Part shown: in pieces, positions 49,648 through 59,549 of the stretch
Layout: each line of letters begins with the position of its first letter
Numbering within the stretch: position 1 is the stretch's first letter
Assembly (NCBI GenBank): GCA_963667175.2
Contig: CAXXXF010000014.1
Location: forward strand, 320,001-384,000
Length of the DNA: 64,000 nt
Direction: 5' to 3'
Origin: Candidatus Latescibacterota bacterium
GTDB taxonomy: Bacteria; Latescibacterota; UBA2968; GCA-2709665
Program-made: the position numbers and the translations under genes
The notes under the pieces: model-generated
Databases searched by the model: none
The model's input: the letters and a program-made list of their open reading frames with translations, nothing else
Told to the model about the DNA's origin: nothing

Positions 49648-51825
49648 GTGCTCCTTATCTTCATCCTGGTTGCTTCGGCAGCGCTCCGGTTCTATGGAAT
49701 CGGCTGGGGAACCGACCCTGAAACCGGCAGGTTTCACGCCTTCCATCCCGATGAACGCACGGTTGTGGAAAGCGCCGGCCTGGTGGGCGTGGAAGTGACG
49801 AGGGCGGTTACGGCCTATGCCAAGGGTCCTGCCTACGTCCTGTGGACTCTCGCCAACGGCGCCGGCTTCGTCGTCGGAATTCAACCGTTCGACAAAGAGG
49901 ACAATCGGTCGGTGAGATTCACCCACCTCATGGGTCGCGGAATCTCCGCGACGCTGGGCATCCTGACGGTGTGGGTCGTATTCGCCATCGGCCGCCATCT
50001 GGCGGGCATCCGGACGGGCGTGCTTGGCGCGGCCTTTCTGGCGTTTTGCGCCGGGCATATCCAGCAGTGCCACTTCTATACCGTGGACGTGTCCCTCGCG
50101 TTCTGGACGACCCTCGGCGTCTACCTGATCCTGAAACTGCCGTCCCGCCGTACTCCCCTCTACCTGGTGTGCGGGTTGGTCTGCGGCATGGCGGCGGGCA
50201 CACGGCTGATGGCGGGCATGCTGTGTCTGCCCTTTCTGCTGGCGCACGTATGGCCCGCGCAGACGCCGTTGGAGACCGGAGGAGATCAACGCGGGAAGCG
50301 GAAACGAAGGCTGAATTGGATGGCGGCCGGGGCCCTATGGGTCCGGGACCGTCTGAAACGGACGTTCACCCCGCGAACGCTGCTTTGCGCAGCGGTCGTG
50401 GTTGCGGTTGCGGTGGTCTGCGAACCCCTCCTGCTCAAGCCCGGCGAGTTCTTCAGTTCGAAAGACATGCGGAACTTCCTGCCCAGCCTGAAGATCGCGA
50501 AAGGCGAGACGGTCCGCATCTGGGCCCTCTACGATTACGCCACCACGTCTTATCTGTTCTTCGTCACCCACCTGTTCCGGTACGCGCTGGGAACGCCCGT
50601 GGAAATTGCGGCCCTGTGCGGGATTGCGCTGGCCCTATGGAAGCGGCAGAGAGGTTGGTGGATTCTGTTGGCCTGGCTTGCGCCGTACTTCTATATGGTG
50701 GCCGGGCTACACACCAAACCCCTTCGATATACCATACCGATGCTACCCCTTATGGCGGTGATCGGCGCATGGGCCTGCGTCGAGGCAGCCGATTGGATGC
50801 GCCGGCGCCGGAAACAGTTCTGGGTCTACGCTCTGCCCGTGGCGCTGGTGGTGATTCCCACGGCCGCCTACGGCATCGCGACGTCGCGCGTCTACCGTTC
50901 CAGCAGCCGGTTCGAGGCTGCAGGATGGATTGAGCGGAATATCCCCGAAGGGGCTGGTGTGCTGACCGAGCGGGGCGGGTATCCGACGGCCTGGATGGCG
51001 CCGGCGGACCGGTACAAGCGCAGGCTCGACGAGGCTGCCTGGTTTCTGTCCGCCGACGGCAACCTGCCCTACGAGGCGCACGTCGAATTCATTGAGAACC
51101 GTCTGTCCGGCATCGACTGGATCGTCGTGATCGAGGAAAACCGGACGATACCGTTCAGGAACGTGCAGCGGCGATTCCCGATCGCCCACGCCTACTACCG
51201 CCGCCTGTCCGAACAGGCCCTGGGTTTCGAACGGGTCGCGGAATTCAAGGTCGCCCCGGAAGTCCTGGGATTCACCTATTCCGAAGCCGACGCCGAGCCC
51301 ACGATCACGGGATTCGACCATCCCCGCGTTGTGGTGTACCGGCGTACCAGCACGAACCTGCGGGAACTGCTCGATCGGTGGAAGGCGGATATCCGGACGG
51401 ATCCGGCGCTCCCGGACAAATACGTCATCGACGGCGTAGACGCCTACCGCCGCAATGACTGGAAGGAAGCGGAAAGGGCTTTCAAGCGCAGCCTGAGGGT
51501 GAAGCCGGAGTTTGCGCTGGGACGCCTTCTACTGCGCGAGGTATATCTTGCTGAGGGCAGACAGGCCGACGCAAAGAGGGAACTTCGCAGGATTGCCGAA
51601 TCCGGGCTGTCGGCCGGCGCGTACGTCGGGCTGATCCGGGTTGGCCTGACGGAAAGGGGAGCGACGTACCTCGAGAAATACCTCGAATTGTCAAAAAAGA
51701 AGCTAACGGACGATCCCGTTCTGCAGCAATACGGCTGGCTGATCCATAAGATCAATGCGGAACAAAGTGCGGCGCGCGATGAACCGGCTCAAGTGTCGGA
51801 AAGCAAGGCGCCGCCGTCGAACTGA
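49648..51825 (+). CDS. GT-C (GT39/ArnT-PMT-like) membrane glycosyltransferase with C-terminal TPR
   Basis: LRFYGI.WG...FHPDE, multiple TM segments, HFYTVD, RY..P..P, TPR-like AERAFKRSLRVKPEF. Confidence 0.8.
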   Translation: MLLIFILVASAALRFYGIGWGTDPETGRFHAFHPDERTVVESAGLVGVEVTRAVTAYAKGPAYVLWTLANGAGFVVGIQPFDKEDNRSVRFTHLMGRGISATLGILTVWVVFAIGRHLAGIRTGVLGAAFLAFCAGHIQQCHFYTVDVSLAFWTTLGVYLILKLPSRRTPLYLVCGLVCGMAAGTRLMAGMLCLPFLLAHVWPAQTPLETGGDQRGKRKRRLNWMAAGALWVRDRLKRTFTPRTLLCAAVVVAVAVVCEPLLLKPGEFFSSKDMRNFLPSLKIAKGETVRIWALYDYATTSYLFFVTHLFRYALGTPVEIAALCGIALALWKRQRGWWILLAWLAPYFYMVAGLHTKPLRYTIPMLPLMAVIGAWACVEAADWMRRRRKQFWVYALPVALVVIPTAAYGIATSRVYRSSSRFEAAGWIERNIPEGAGVLTERGGYPTAWMAPADRYKRRLDEAAWFLSADGNLPYEAHVEFIENRLSGIDWIVVIEENRTIPFRNVQRRFPIAHAYYRRLSEQALGFERVAEFKVAPEVLGFTYSEADAEPTITGFDHPRVVVYRRTSTNLRELLDRWKADIRTDPALPDKYVIDGVDAYRRNDWKEAERAFKRSLRVKPEFALGRLLLREVYLAEGRQADAKRELRRIAESGLSAGAYVGLIRVGLTERGATYLEKYLELSKKKLTDDPVLQQYGWLIHKINAEQSAARDEPAQVSESKAPPSN

Positions 51826-51840
51826 ACGAGGCACGGTGGC

Positions 51841-53709
51841 TTATTTCGGGAGCGTCACGATTCGCTCGTTCCCGTCCCCAAACACCACGCGGGCTGTCAC
51901 CCCGGCATCCCCCGCCGACGCCTCGACCTCCGGCCGATCTGAAGCGTCCCCCGCGTGAATCGCCCACAGCACCTCGATTTCCCGGCACGGATGAAACGGC
52001 CCGAACCCCCGATATTCAACGCCGACGCGATGCCGGCGGTACTGGTTGGATTCCGTGTACGCGCTGGTCCGTTTCACGTCGCTCATCCGCCAGCACTCCA
52101 TGTGTTCCGGAATCACTCTTGAGAGAGACAACGTCACGCCGTTCCGCCGGAATTCGGTCAGCCGCTCGTCGCCGGATACCTCCGCCCGGTGATGAAACAG
52201 CCACTCCAGGATCCGGGGTTCCTCCGACGAGACCCGGTCGTAGACCAGGACCACGTCCGGTTTCAGAAAAGCAAGCGTGCGAAGATAACGATCCAATTTC
52301 CCACCGTATGCCGCCGTTCCGTCGCCGACGGCTACGTCCACCTCCCCGCCCGCATCGAAAGAGACGATCCTGCCCGGATACTCGGCGCCGTAGCGCTGAC
52401 CCTCCCCGTCCACCATCAGCGTATTGTGGCCGATCGTCCCGTTCCCGTCGAAGTTCCACCGCTGTCCGCCGGCGCTGTCGAAAAATCCCAGGTCGTGGCC
52501 GTACGGCCAGATCCCCTCGTCGATCAACAGCCGTTCTCCGCGCGAGGAGACGACGAACGAGTTCGCGTCCAGCTGCGAATGGCCGACCGCGCTCGAACCC
52601 GACTTCAATCCGACAAACGTGGCCCGGTCATCCCACCCGCTACGCATGGTCACCACACCGGTCGTCGGATAACTTCGGGACGTCTCCTCCGGAATCGCGT
52701 CTGCCAGCGACGGGTCGTCCCAGATCACGCGTTCCACGGTTGCGTGGTCGCTTGCGCGCGCGGTTCTGGCCCAGTCACCTCGTCGGCGCAGCCCGGCCAG
52801 CAGCAGCAGGGTATCCAGACTCGCGCCGAGGGAGATTCCATTGTCATTGAAATTGTAGACCTGCCCGTCCGGTTCGGTGACGTGTACGATGTAGTCGCCC
52901 GTTATGCGCAACGCCGGATGCTCGAACAGGTCCACAGTGCCGCCGGTCGCCCGCTTCAGTCCGACGCCGAATTTGACGCCGTGTCCCAGCGTGCCCAGCC
53001 AGTATCCCGGCCCTTCTGCCCAGTCGCCTTCAGGAGGCACGAAATCCAGGATATCCAGACATCCCGCCAGCGCCGCCGGCAGGACCGCGTCCAGGTCGGA
53101 GATCTCTTCGGCGCACGCGAGGGCCGCCGTACCCATTTCCCCGCAGCACATGATCTTCCAGTTCCAGTGGTAGTCCGGACTGGACCAGTGCGCGTCCTGT
53201 TTTTCCCACGTCTCCAGAAACCGCGCGACCGTGTACGCGTTGATCCGTTCTGAAATCGACGTTGCCGCATCGTCCGGCCATGCCGACGCGCAGAGATCCG
53301 TCGAAATACCGATCGCCGACGCCACGTTCAGCATGGCGTGATCGCATCGCATGGGCCGGTGGGGCCGCGCCACCCACTCCTCCGGCGGAAACGAGAACAT
53401 CACTTCCACGCCCTCCAGCGCCCTGGCCGCGAACGCCTCGTCCTCCAGGATGAAAGCGGCACTCGCCAGGGCCCGCAGCGGCGTCTGGCAGAAGTACGGA
53501 AGCTCCGGCTCGGCGCCGAAGAGATCTTCGCTGGCAGACGCTTCTCTCGCCGCCTCCGCAAGCTTGTCGACAAACCCCGGGGTCGCCCTCGCCCGTTCTC
53601 GAGCCCCGTTCACCTCCTCAGCGCCCAGAAGTACTCTCGGCCGCGTCTCAGGCGGCGCCACCGTCGCATTCGCCAGCTTCGCGAGCAGATCTTCAGAGAA
53701 TGGTTTCAT
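51841..53709 (-). CDS. Heparinase II/III family polysaccharide lyase-like protein
   Basis: NW, EGPGYW, NFND, MRSGW, HSQLDANSF, HNTLMVDG. Confidence 0.85.
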   Translation of the reverse strand: MKPFSEDLLAKLANATVAPPETRPRVLLGAEEVNGARERARATPGFVDKLAEAAREASASEDLFGAEPELPYFCQTPLRALASAAFILEDEAFAARALEGVEVMFSFPPEEWVARPHRPMRCDHAMLNVASAIGISTDLCASAWPDDAATSISERINAYTVARFLETWEKQDAHWSSPDYHWNWKIMCCGEMGTAALACAEEISDLDAVLPAALAGCLDILDFVPPEGDWAEGPGYWLGTLGHGVKFGVGLKRATGGTVDLFEHPALRITGDYIVHVTEPDGQVYNFNDNGISLGASLDTLLLLAGLRRRGDWARTARASDHATVERVIWDDPSLADAIPEETSRSYPTTGVVTMRSGWDDRATFVGLKSGSSAVGHSQLDANSFVVSSRGERLLIDEGIWPYGHDLGFFDSAGGQRWNFDGNGTIGHNTLMVDGEGQRYGAEYPGRIVSFDAGGEVDVAVGDGTAAYGGKLDRYLRTLAFLKPDVVLVYDRVSSEEPRILEWLFHHRAEVSGDERLTEFRRNGVTLSLSRVIPEHMECWRMSDVKRTSAYTESNQYRRHRVGVEYRGFGPFHPCREIEVLWAIHAGDASDRPEVEASAGDAGVTARVVFGDGNERIVTLPK

Positions 53710-53918
53710 TTATTGACTCCTTGATCGAACGTTCGCCACATTTCGTTTCGCACTTCAGCGATATCTTCAGAAGTTATTGGTTTCGCCTGTTCCCACAGGC
53801 CTTCGGGATTGAAGAGCTTCCCTCGATTGCAGTTCTGAGAAATGGGTACCTGTCCCATAGGGACGAGTTTAAATGCCAGGCCGCTCTCTTCGGTAATAAT
53901 AACCTCCGTCCTCCGCCA
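53706..53918 (-). pseudogene. 5'-truncated small antitoxin-like ORF
   Basis: Open frame TEVIITEESGLAFKLVP...GLWEQAKPITSEDIAEVRNEMW whose TGA overlaps the heparinase ATG; no start upstream of the EVIIT segment. Confidence 0.4.
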
Positions 53919-54028
53919 TCAGGAAACTTGCTTATGGAACAAGCGTTTAAAATACTACTTGACAAATCATAACTATTTGCCCGATGTTCTATGGTTTTTT
54001 AAACTGCCCTATCTTACGTGGGGGGTGC

Positions 54029-54877
54029 ATGTCTTTAGCAATTGTATTTAAAGGAACAGATGGAATTGTAATGGCAACAGACAGTCGAATTACTATGACA
54101 AGCAGTCAGAAAATCGGAGACGTTGAAAGGGAAGTATTTTCTACCTATGACAACACAACGAAACTTTTCGGCCTCAACCATGACCGTAAATACGGATCGA
54201 TTGTGGCTGGTGTTGTCACCTATGGATTAGGTGCAATTGGATTGGAAAAACCAAGAACAGTTTTCAGCTATGTGTCTGAATTTGAAAAGATCATTTTTGA
54301 AGAAAATGAAATGGGTGACGCCTTCACAATGTCATTGTTGGCGATGGGGCTTAGTTTATTTTTTAGTACTGAATGGCAAAAGACCGGAATGCCAACGGCT
54401 GAGAAATATGAAGGACCAGATATTTATTTTAAGATTGCTGGATTTGACAAGGATGAGCCTTATGGCAAAGTGTTCGGCTTCTCCATACCTTCCAGTCCTG
54501 AACCCGAAGAAGAATTCATAGGAGCAAATTTCGGCGTTATTCCTGGTGGACAAACAGAATTTATGGAAAGGTTGTTAAACGGCTATGATCCCAATCTACC
54601 GTCATATCTTAGAGAATCCGGGATGGATGAGAAAACAAGCGAGACTTTTTCAAAAAACCACATTGGCAAATTAGCGATTCCCATACCCTATCAGTTCCTT
54701 ACACTTCAAGATAGTGTTGATTTCTCTGCATTTCTAATAAAAACCACGATGCTGCTGCAATCCTGGAGTATTGGCATTAGAGGAGTTGGTGGCGCTATTG
54801 ATATTGCTACCATTACCAAAACCCAGGGGTTTGACTACATATCCAGGAAGCAGATCGTTACTCCAACCTTTTCATAG
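54029..54877 (+). CDS. Proteasome beta-subunit-like Ntn hydrolase with Ser1
   Basis: M-SLAIVFKGTDGIVMATDSR (Ser1, Asp17, Arg19), TTKLF, IAGFD, C-terminal GVGGAIDIATIT; AT-rich. Confidence 0.7.
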   Translation: MSLAIVFKGTDGIVMATDSRITMTSSQKIGDVEREVFSTYDNTTKLFGLNHDRKYGSIVAGVVTYGLGAIGLEKPRTVFSYVSEFEKIIFEENEMGDAFTMSLLAMGLSLFFSTEWQKTGMPTAEKYEGPDIYFKIAGFDKDEPYGKVFGFSIPSSPEPEEEFIGANFGVIPGGQTEFMERLLNGYDPNLPSYLRESGMDEKTSETFSKNHIGKLAIPIPYQFLTLQDSVDFSAFLIKTTMLLQSWSIGIRGVGGAIDIATITKTQGFDYISRKQIVTPTFS

Positions 54878-54887
54878 GGGGAATAAC

Positions 54888-55079
54888 ATGGGCCCTTACG
54901 AACGTTCAATCGAAATCAAGACGCGCACAGTTTATTTTGGTGAGGAACACTGGCAAAAAGCAACAGAGGGACTCACTTTTCTTGGATATCCTTCAGGTAT
55001 TCAAATAAGAAGTGGTATAATGTTTCCAGAAGACACGAGCACAAAGAAAACGGTCAAGACAAAGGGAAAATTTCATTGA
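54888..55079 (+). CDS. Small hypothetical protein (63 aa)
   Basis: AGGGGG RBS, begins 10 bp after the previous stop and ends just before the terminator. Confidence 0.5.
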   Translation: MGPYERSIEIKTRTVYFGEEHWQKATEGLTFLGYPSGIQIRSGIMFPEDTSTKKTVKTKGKFH

Positions 55080-55091
55080 ACTATTCCCGCT

Positions 55092-55134
55092 CACAGCAAA
55101 ACGGCCCGATCAGAGATCGGGCCGTTTTGCTGTG
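55092..55134. terminator. Probable bidirectional intrinsic terminator
   Basis: Perfect 20-bp inverted repeat cacagcaaaacggcccgatc-aga-gatcgggccgttttgctgtg between convergent units. Confidence 0.7.
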
Positions 55135-55403
55135 TAATTCGCTCTACGTTGGCGTTTTAGCAAACGCCAACGAAACTACAAAACAGACCATCTCTGTCAA
55201 GTGAAATCGTCACCCATCTATCACAAATTCAACCGAATTGTGGACTGCGCCCGGACCGAGCTTTTGGAATAAACCGTCCAAAGGCTGGCCGGTTAGACAA
55301 GTGCGCCAGGAAACGGGGAACGGAATCATCGACAGATGGAACTGTTAGAGTCGCAAATCATCACTCAATGTCCTGTTGGAGCCGGACATGTTGATAGGTA
55401 GGT

Positions 55404-55820
55404 TCATGGCCCTCGAATATCTTTCGCCCGATCCACAATGGATGACACATCATCAATGTTGAACACAGGCGGCCCACCTGGACCGTGTCCCATTTTCAGT
55501 TTTCCCCCGTCCTTCCTCATATCCTTGTAGTAACAAAACCACATATCCTTTACCGGGCTTTCCGGCGTATTGCTCATCAAGAACACAAAGAGGCTGTAAA
55601 CATACCTTTCGCCAACCCAACCCGGTTTGAGGATACCCTTCAAATAAGGTTTCCAATTCCCGCCTTCCTGAAGATCGAATTCCTTTTCGATATATCCGTT
55701 CCGCTTGCAATGCCAACAAACGAATAATCCTTTCTTGTCCAAATGACACATGAGTTTTACAATGTTTCCCGGTTTGGTGGTTTCTCTACAATGCGGGCGG
55801 TAGATTGTCCAAGTTGACAT
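55404..55820 (-). CDS. Hypothetical protein (possible Zn ribbon)
   Basis: CWHC, WFCYYKD..KDGGKLKMGHGPGGPP; start chosen at ATG 55820. Confidence 0.6.
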   Translation of the reverse strand: MSTWTIYRPHCRETTKPGNIVKLMCHLDKKGLFVCWHCKRNGYIEKEFDLQEGGNWKPYLKGILKPGWVGERYVYSLFVFLMSNTPESPVKDMWFCYYKDMRKDGGKLKMGHGPGGPPVFNIDDVSSIVDRAKDIRGP

Positions 55821-55899
55821 GGCGGGTGCTTTCCCTACGTTAGATCGACTTACTACCCATTTACCCTTCTGACACGGCCCTCTAATTCTGTTGAAGCGT

Positions 55900-56127
55900 C
55901 TACTCGGGCAGGTACCATGGTTGTCCTGGTCCGTCTTGGTGTATTCGCCCATCCATTTTAAGTTTGTGCAGGACGCCTCTGACGAGGTAGTTTCTTTCAA
56001 TTTGAGGTAGTAGCAGCCTGTCTTGAATCTGGCGGGGTTGTGCTTCCCCGCCGATTTCTATTAGGCAGTCGAAGACCGCTCTTTCCAGAAGTCTTAGTCC
56101 GTTTCTGGCCTGCTCGATGGTCGTCAT
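55900..56127 (-). CDS. Small winged-HTH-like hypothetical protein
   Basis: 75 aa with AAGGAG RBS; helical pattern followed by a wing-like GRIHQ..W. Confidence 0.55.
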   Translation of the reverse strand: MTTIEQARNGLRLLERAVFDCLIEIGGEAQPRQIQDRLLLPQIERNYLVRGVLHKLKMDGRIHQDGPGQPWYLPE

Positions 56128-56173
56128 TTTTTTCTCCTTTTTCTCTTGTTAATGATCGCCCATATGCGGCCAC

Positions 56174-56660
56174 TGCGAGAGCGGCCTAATCAGGCCACCT
56201 GGCATGCGATTAAGGTTTCGGACTTGCCGGCAACGTTTCTACCTTCTTTCTGTCTCCCCGACAGTCAGTAGGGAAGAACATGGCCAACCGGAGGTTCGAG
56301 AAGTATCAGTATCGCCAGGCATTGACGCGTATGCGGTTGGGCGATTCGGATCGTGCGATCTGGGTCGGCGGAAGGCCGGTGCGCTTCGTGAAGTGAGTAG
56401 CCATGAGGGATGGTTGGATGCTTCCAGCGTGTCGCCCGACGATGCGACGCTGGCGCAGGTTGTTCAGGTTCCATCCTCGCGGCCTCAGTCGGCCTCGTCG
56501 GTCTTACCCTACCAGGATAAGGTGACGGCCTGGTGGCGTCAGGGTATCCGGGGTACCGTCATCCACCAAGCCCTGGTGGATACTTACGGCTATGCCGGCT
56601 CGTATTCTTCCATCCGTCGTTTTCTCCAGCAGCTAAATGGGGCTCATCTCGACGTCACCT
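56174..56660 (+). mobile_element. istA: IS21-family remnant (left end and truncated istA)
   Basis: From 56280 MANRRFEKYQYRQALTRMRLGDSDRAI, then after a frameshift GRRKAGALR...YGYAGSYSSIRRFL; TG-initiated end at 56174; no DDE domain or istB. Confidence 0.7.
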
Positions 56661-56779
56661 TCCGTGTTCTGGTACAATCTCAAAAGCTTGCAAGACTCAC
56701 TCTGAGCTCGGTACAGAATTCCAGGTCCATCAACGTAATATAACTCTCTCGCGGGGACTGGTACAAGCAATCAGTTTGG

Positions 56780-57430
56780 TCAATCATCGGGGAGCACAGG
56801 TACCGTTGCTGGGTCTTTCCGCTTCTTTCTATATTTGCGGACATAGCGCCTGTTAATCCAGATAATGAAGACAACCCCAATGGCCCCCCAAGAGACAGAT
56901 GCAATGATAACGATGCAAAGTGCTGGGTAACTACACCAGCACTGTCTGCTATACCAGAAGAACGCAATAATAACGATGGTAAGGAACAATACAAGACCAG
57001 ATACGTGGGCATGGTAGATACCCGGCAACAACCAGAAGTTAGCAAGACTGCACCAGCGAATTCTTGAGGGCGCGTCTCCACGAGCTGGTCCATAGACGCC
57101 CCATCCAAGGGCATGCTCAATGCAGTGCTGAACGTTTTGAAGGTACCTGAATGCGTATCCGAGCGCGGCTAGATACCAACTCGCCCAAAGAACCGCACCG
57201 TAAGAGAGTAGCGAGGCAATGACAAGCATCGCGCACGATCCTGGTTCGCCTTGCCTCTCGTCATTTGCTACGTTCCAAAGCACATAGCCGTAACCGGTGC
57301 TTACGACTACAAGCGCCCAAAAGAAGCGCGGACTTTCCGACAGCCGGGCATTCAGTTGTTCAGAGATCGTACGGTGAAAGCCAGCTAACTGATCGCGTTT
57401 GCGACCAGGCCAATCTTCACTAACAGTCAT
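56780..57430 (-). CDS. Hypothetical membrane protein (about 4 TM)
   Basis: 216-aa ORF with hydrophobic segments and a basic C-terminal tail. Confidence 0.65.
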   Translation of the reverse strand: MTVSEDWPGRKRDQLAGFHRTISEQLNARLSESPRFFWALVVVSTGYGYVLWNVANDERQGEPGSCAMLVIASLLSYGAVLWASWYLAALGYAFRYLQNVQHCIEHALGWGVYGPARGDAPSRIRWCSLANFWLLPGIYHAHVSGLVLFLTIVIIAFFWYSRQCWCSYPALCIVIIASVSWGAIGVVFIIWINRRYVRKYRKKRKDPATVPVLPDD

Positions 57431-58031
57431 TGCACAATATTCCCTTCTGACTCATCAACTGTTGACCTGCACCCAAGTGTGGCGACCCGGTCGTAGGGAC
57501 CTGCAAAATTGTCGGGCAAAACCACAGTATTGATATTTGCCTGAATAAGCGAAAAGACAAGAAAATAAACCCCTGAACTTATCAATTCGCTCGGGGGTTT
57601 GTTGAGTTTGGTTCACCGGTTTCGGGCGGCCCATCACCATTATATCTTCTACCATTACCAATCATCGGAAGCAAGTGAAATGAGGGCAAGGATTCCGATT
57701 GAACCCGAGGCGATCTCATAAAAACCACACAACTACCACGATACAATTATACTTAAAATCGATATAAGAGACAACCCTACATTTATTGGTTTTCGCTAAT
57801 CTCACAGACTCCATCGACCAATCGTCCACACTGCCCTTGGGAGTCACTCCCGATTCCGGCCGCATCAGGATTTTCGTTGTATTCTGAACTAATGTCGTTG
57901 AAATCAACCGAATATACATCGAACACACCGGTTTTAAGTGGATAATTCAGGTTCACTGTTCACGGAATGTGAACAGAAAGAGATGTGCATTCGAACGGAC
58001 GTAATTCTACATTTCTCAACGCCTTACGAGG

Positions 58032-59549
58032 CTATCGATTGCTAGTTTTCTTGCGAATCACGGTTAACCATTGCTGTATGACATCCGCATCGGGATGATC
58101 GGGTTGGATTTCAAGTGCTTTTCCAAAACGCGCCTCGGCCAAGTTATATCGTTCTATTTTGATATATAACGCACCCAGATTCACGTATGTTTTCGCGAGA
58201 TGATGCTCCAACTCCATTGTTCGGGCGTACTCCATGTAAACTATCGCTTTATCAATTTCCCCAAGGTCACTATAAACCGCTCCAAGATTCAAATACGGCA
58301 ATCCACTATTCGGCGACAATTCAGCCGCCTTTGCATAAAACCTGATCGCCTTGTAAGGTTCCCCCAATTCCCTGCACTGATTTCCCACCATTGTCCAACG
58401 ATTAGGGTTTGTTGGATCACCGTTTATGGACTGTTCATAAGCCTCCAATGCCCTGAGCGTATCGGCTTGAGCCCGATAATACTTACCGAGGGTGATGGAC
58501 GCGTTCACCTGAGCATTTCCCTTCAGGCATCCTGTATTGTGTGTGAACCGAGTTTCCGCCTTAATCGGATCTGCATTAACACCGATCCAGAAGACAGTAT
58601 GAATCAACGCCGCCCCACAAACAGTCAGCATACTCTGACGAGACCTGTCCCTGGCAATTAGCGCCACCCACAACAAAAGCGGGACCGAAGGTAACGAGAA
58701 AATGTCCCAATCTCTAAAAGCCCCGATCTCAGCATTGTCAGCAAACGTAGAACCGAGGGAAAATAGAAACGCAATCAGTAGAAACGGATAATGGCTAAAG
58801 TGTCGTCGCCGAAACCAAAATACCGCCAGGTACGCCGCAGGAGCCACCAGTAACTGCTGATTCAGAAAATCAACAACGTGGGTTATCGAAAAGACATTGT
58901 AGTGTTTGTCCTTTGTTGTTTCTCCAAAAAGCGGGAGAAAGTTACGTTCGCCCGTCCTGCCTACATACTCTAAGGGTGTAACACCACATATCAGAATCAA
59001 AGCAAAGGAACATGCAAAGCAGCAAAGCAAGGCAAAGACGATAATGGGCAAGGAACTCATTTTGTCTCGCCAAAGACGAAACCCCACGTACAGCAACGAC
59101 GGCATAAACACAAGGAAAGCCTGATGCAGGGCAAATAGAAATCCAAGAATCAAAGCAGGAATAACAATCGGCCAGCGCCCCCCCAACGCGCGCAATCCTG
59201 CATAGAGATACAGCAACAGCCCGGCAGGATAGAGTGCGTAAACTTCAACATAACCGAAGAACAATTGCATGTATCCAGCCGTCAGCAAAAACGCCAAAAG
59301 AATCAACCTGTCTTGAGTCGTTTTGCTTAACGCACCTGCGATGAATAGTGACACCCACACATACAACAGCCCCGATACATAGGAGTAGGCACGAAACGTA
59401 TTCTCAACCGTCCCCCAGAAATGACTACCCGCCCAGCGCAGTGTCCGTATTAGCGCGAAACTCAGAGGCGCGCGAGGGGATTCCTCAAACGTGGGGGTGT
59501 CCCAGCGATCTAACAGGATATATCCATCACCCAAAAAATGACGTTCTGA
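58032..59549 (-). pseudogene. TPR-containing multi-pass membrane protein (GT-C-like), 3' portion after IS110 insertion
   Basis: Frame continues upstream as SERHFLGDGY; QLFFGYVEVY, RDWDIF, C-terminal TPR repeats. Confidence 0.78.

Noticed and set aside
10670-53377. Many long opposite-strand or alternate-frame ORFs (e.g. 14539-15966, 20638-22077, 36037-37467, 43204-44733)
   Set aside because: They are shadows of well-supported genes in high-GC DNA, Arg/Pro/Gly-rich and without motifs
53959-53990. TTGACA upstream of the Ntn gene as a promoter
   Set aside because: No acceptable -10 at the correct spacing
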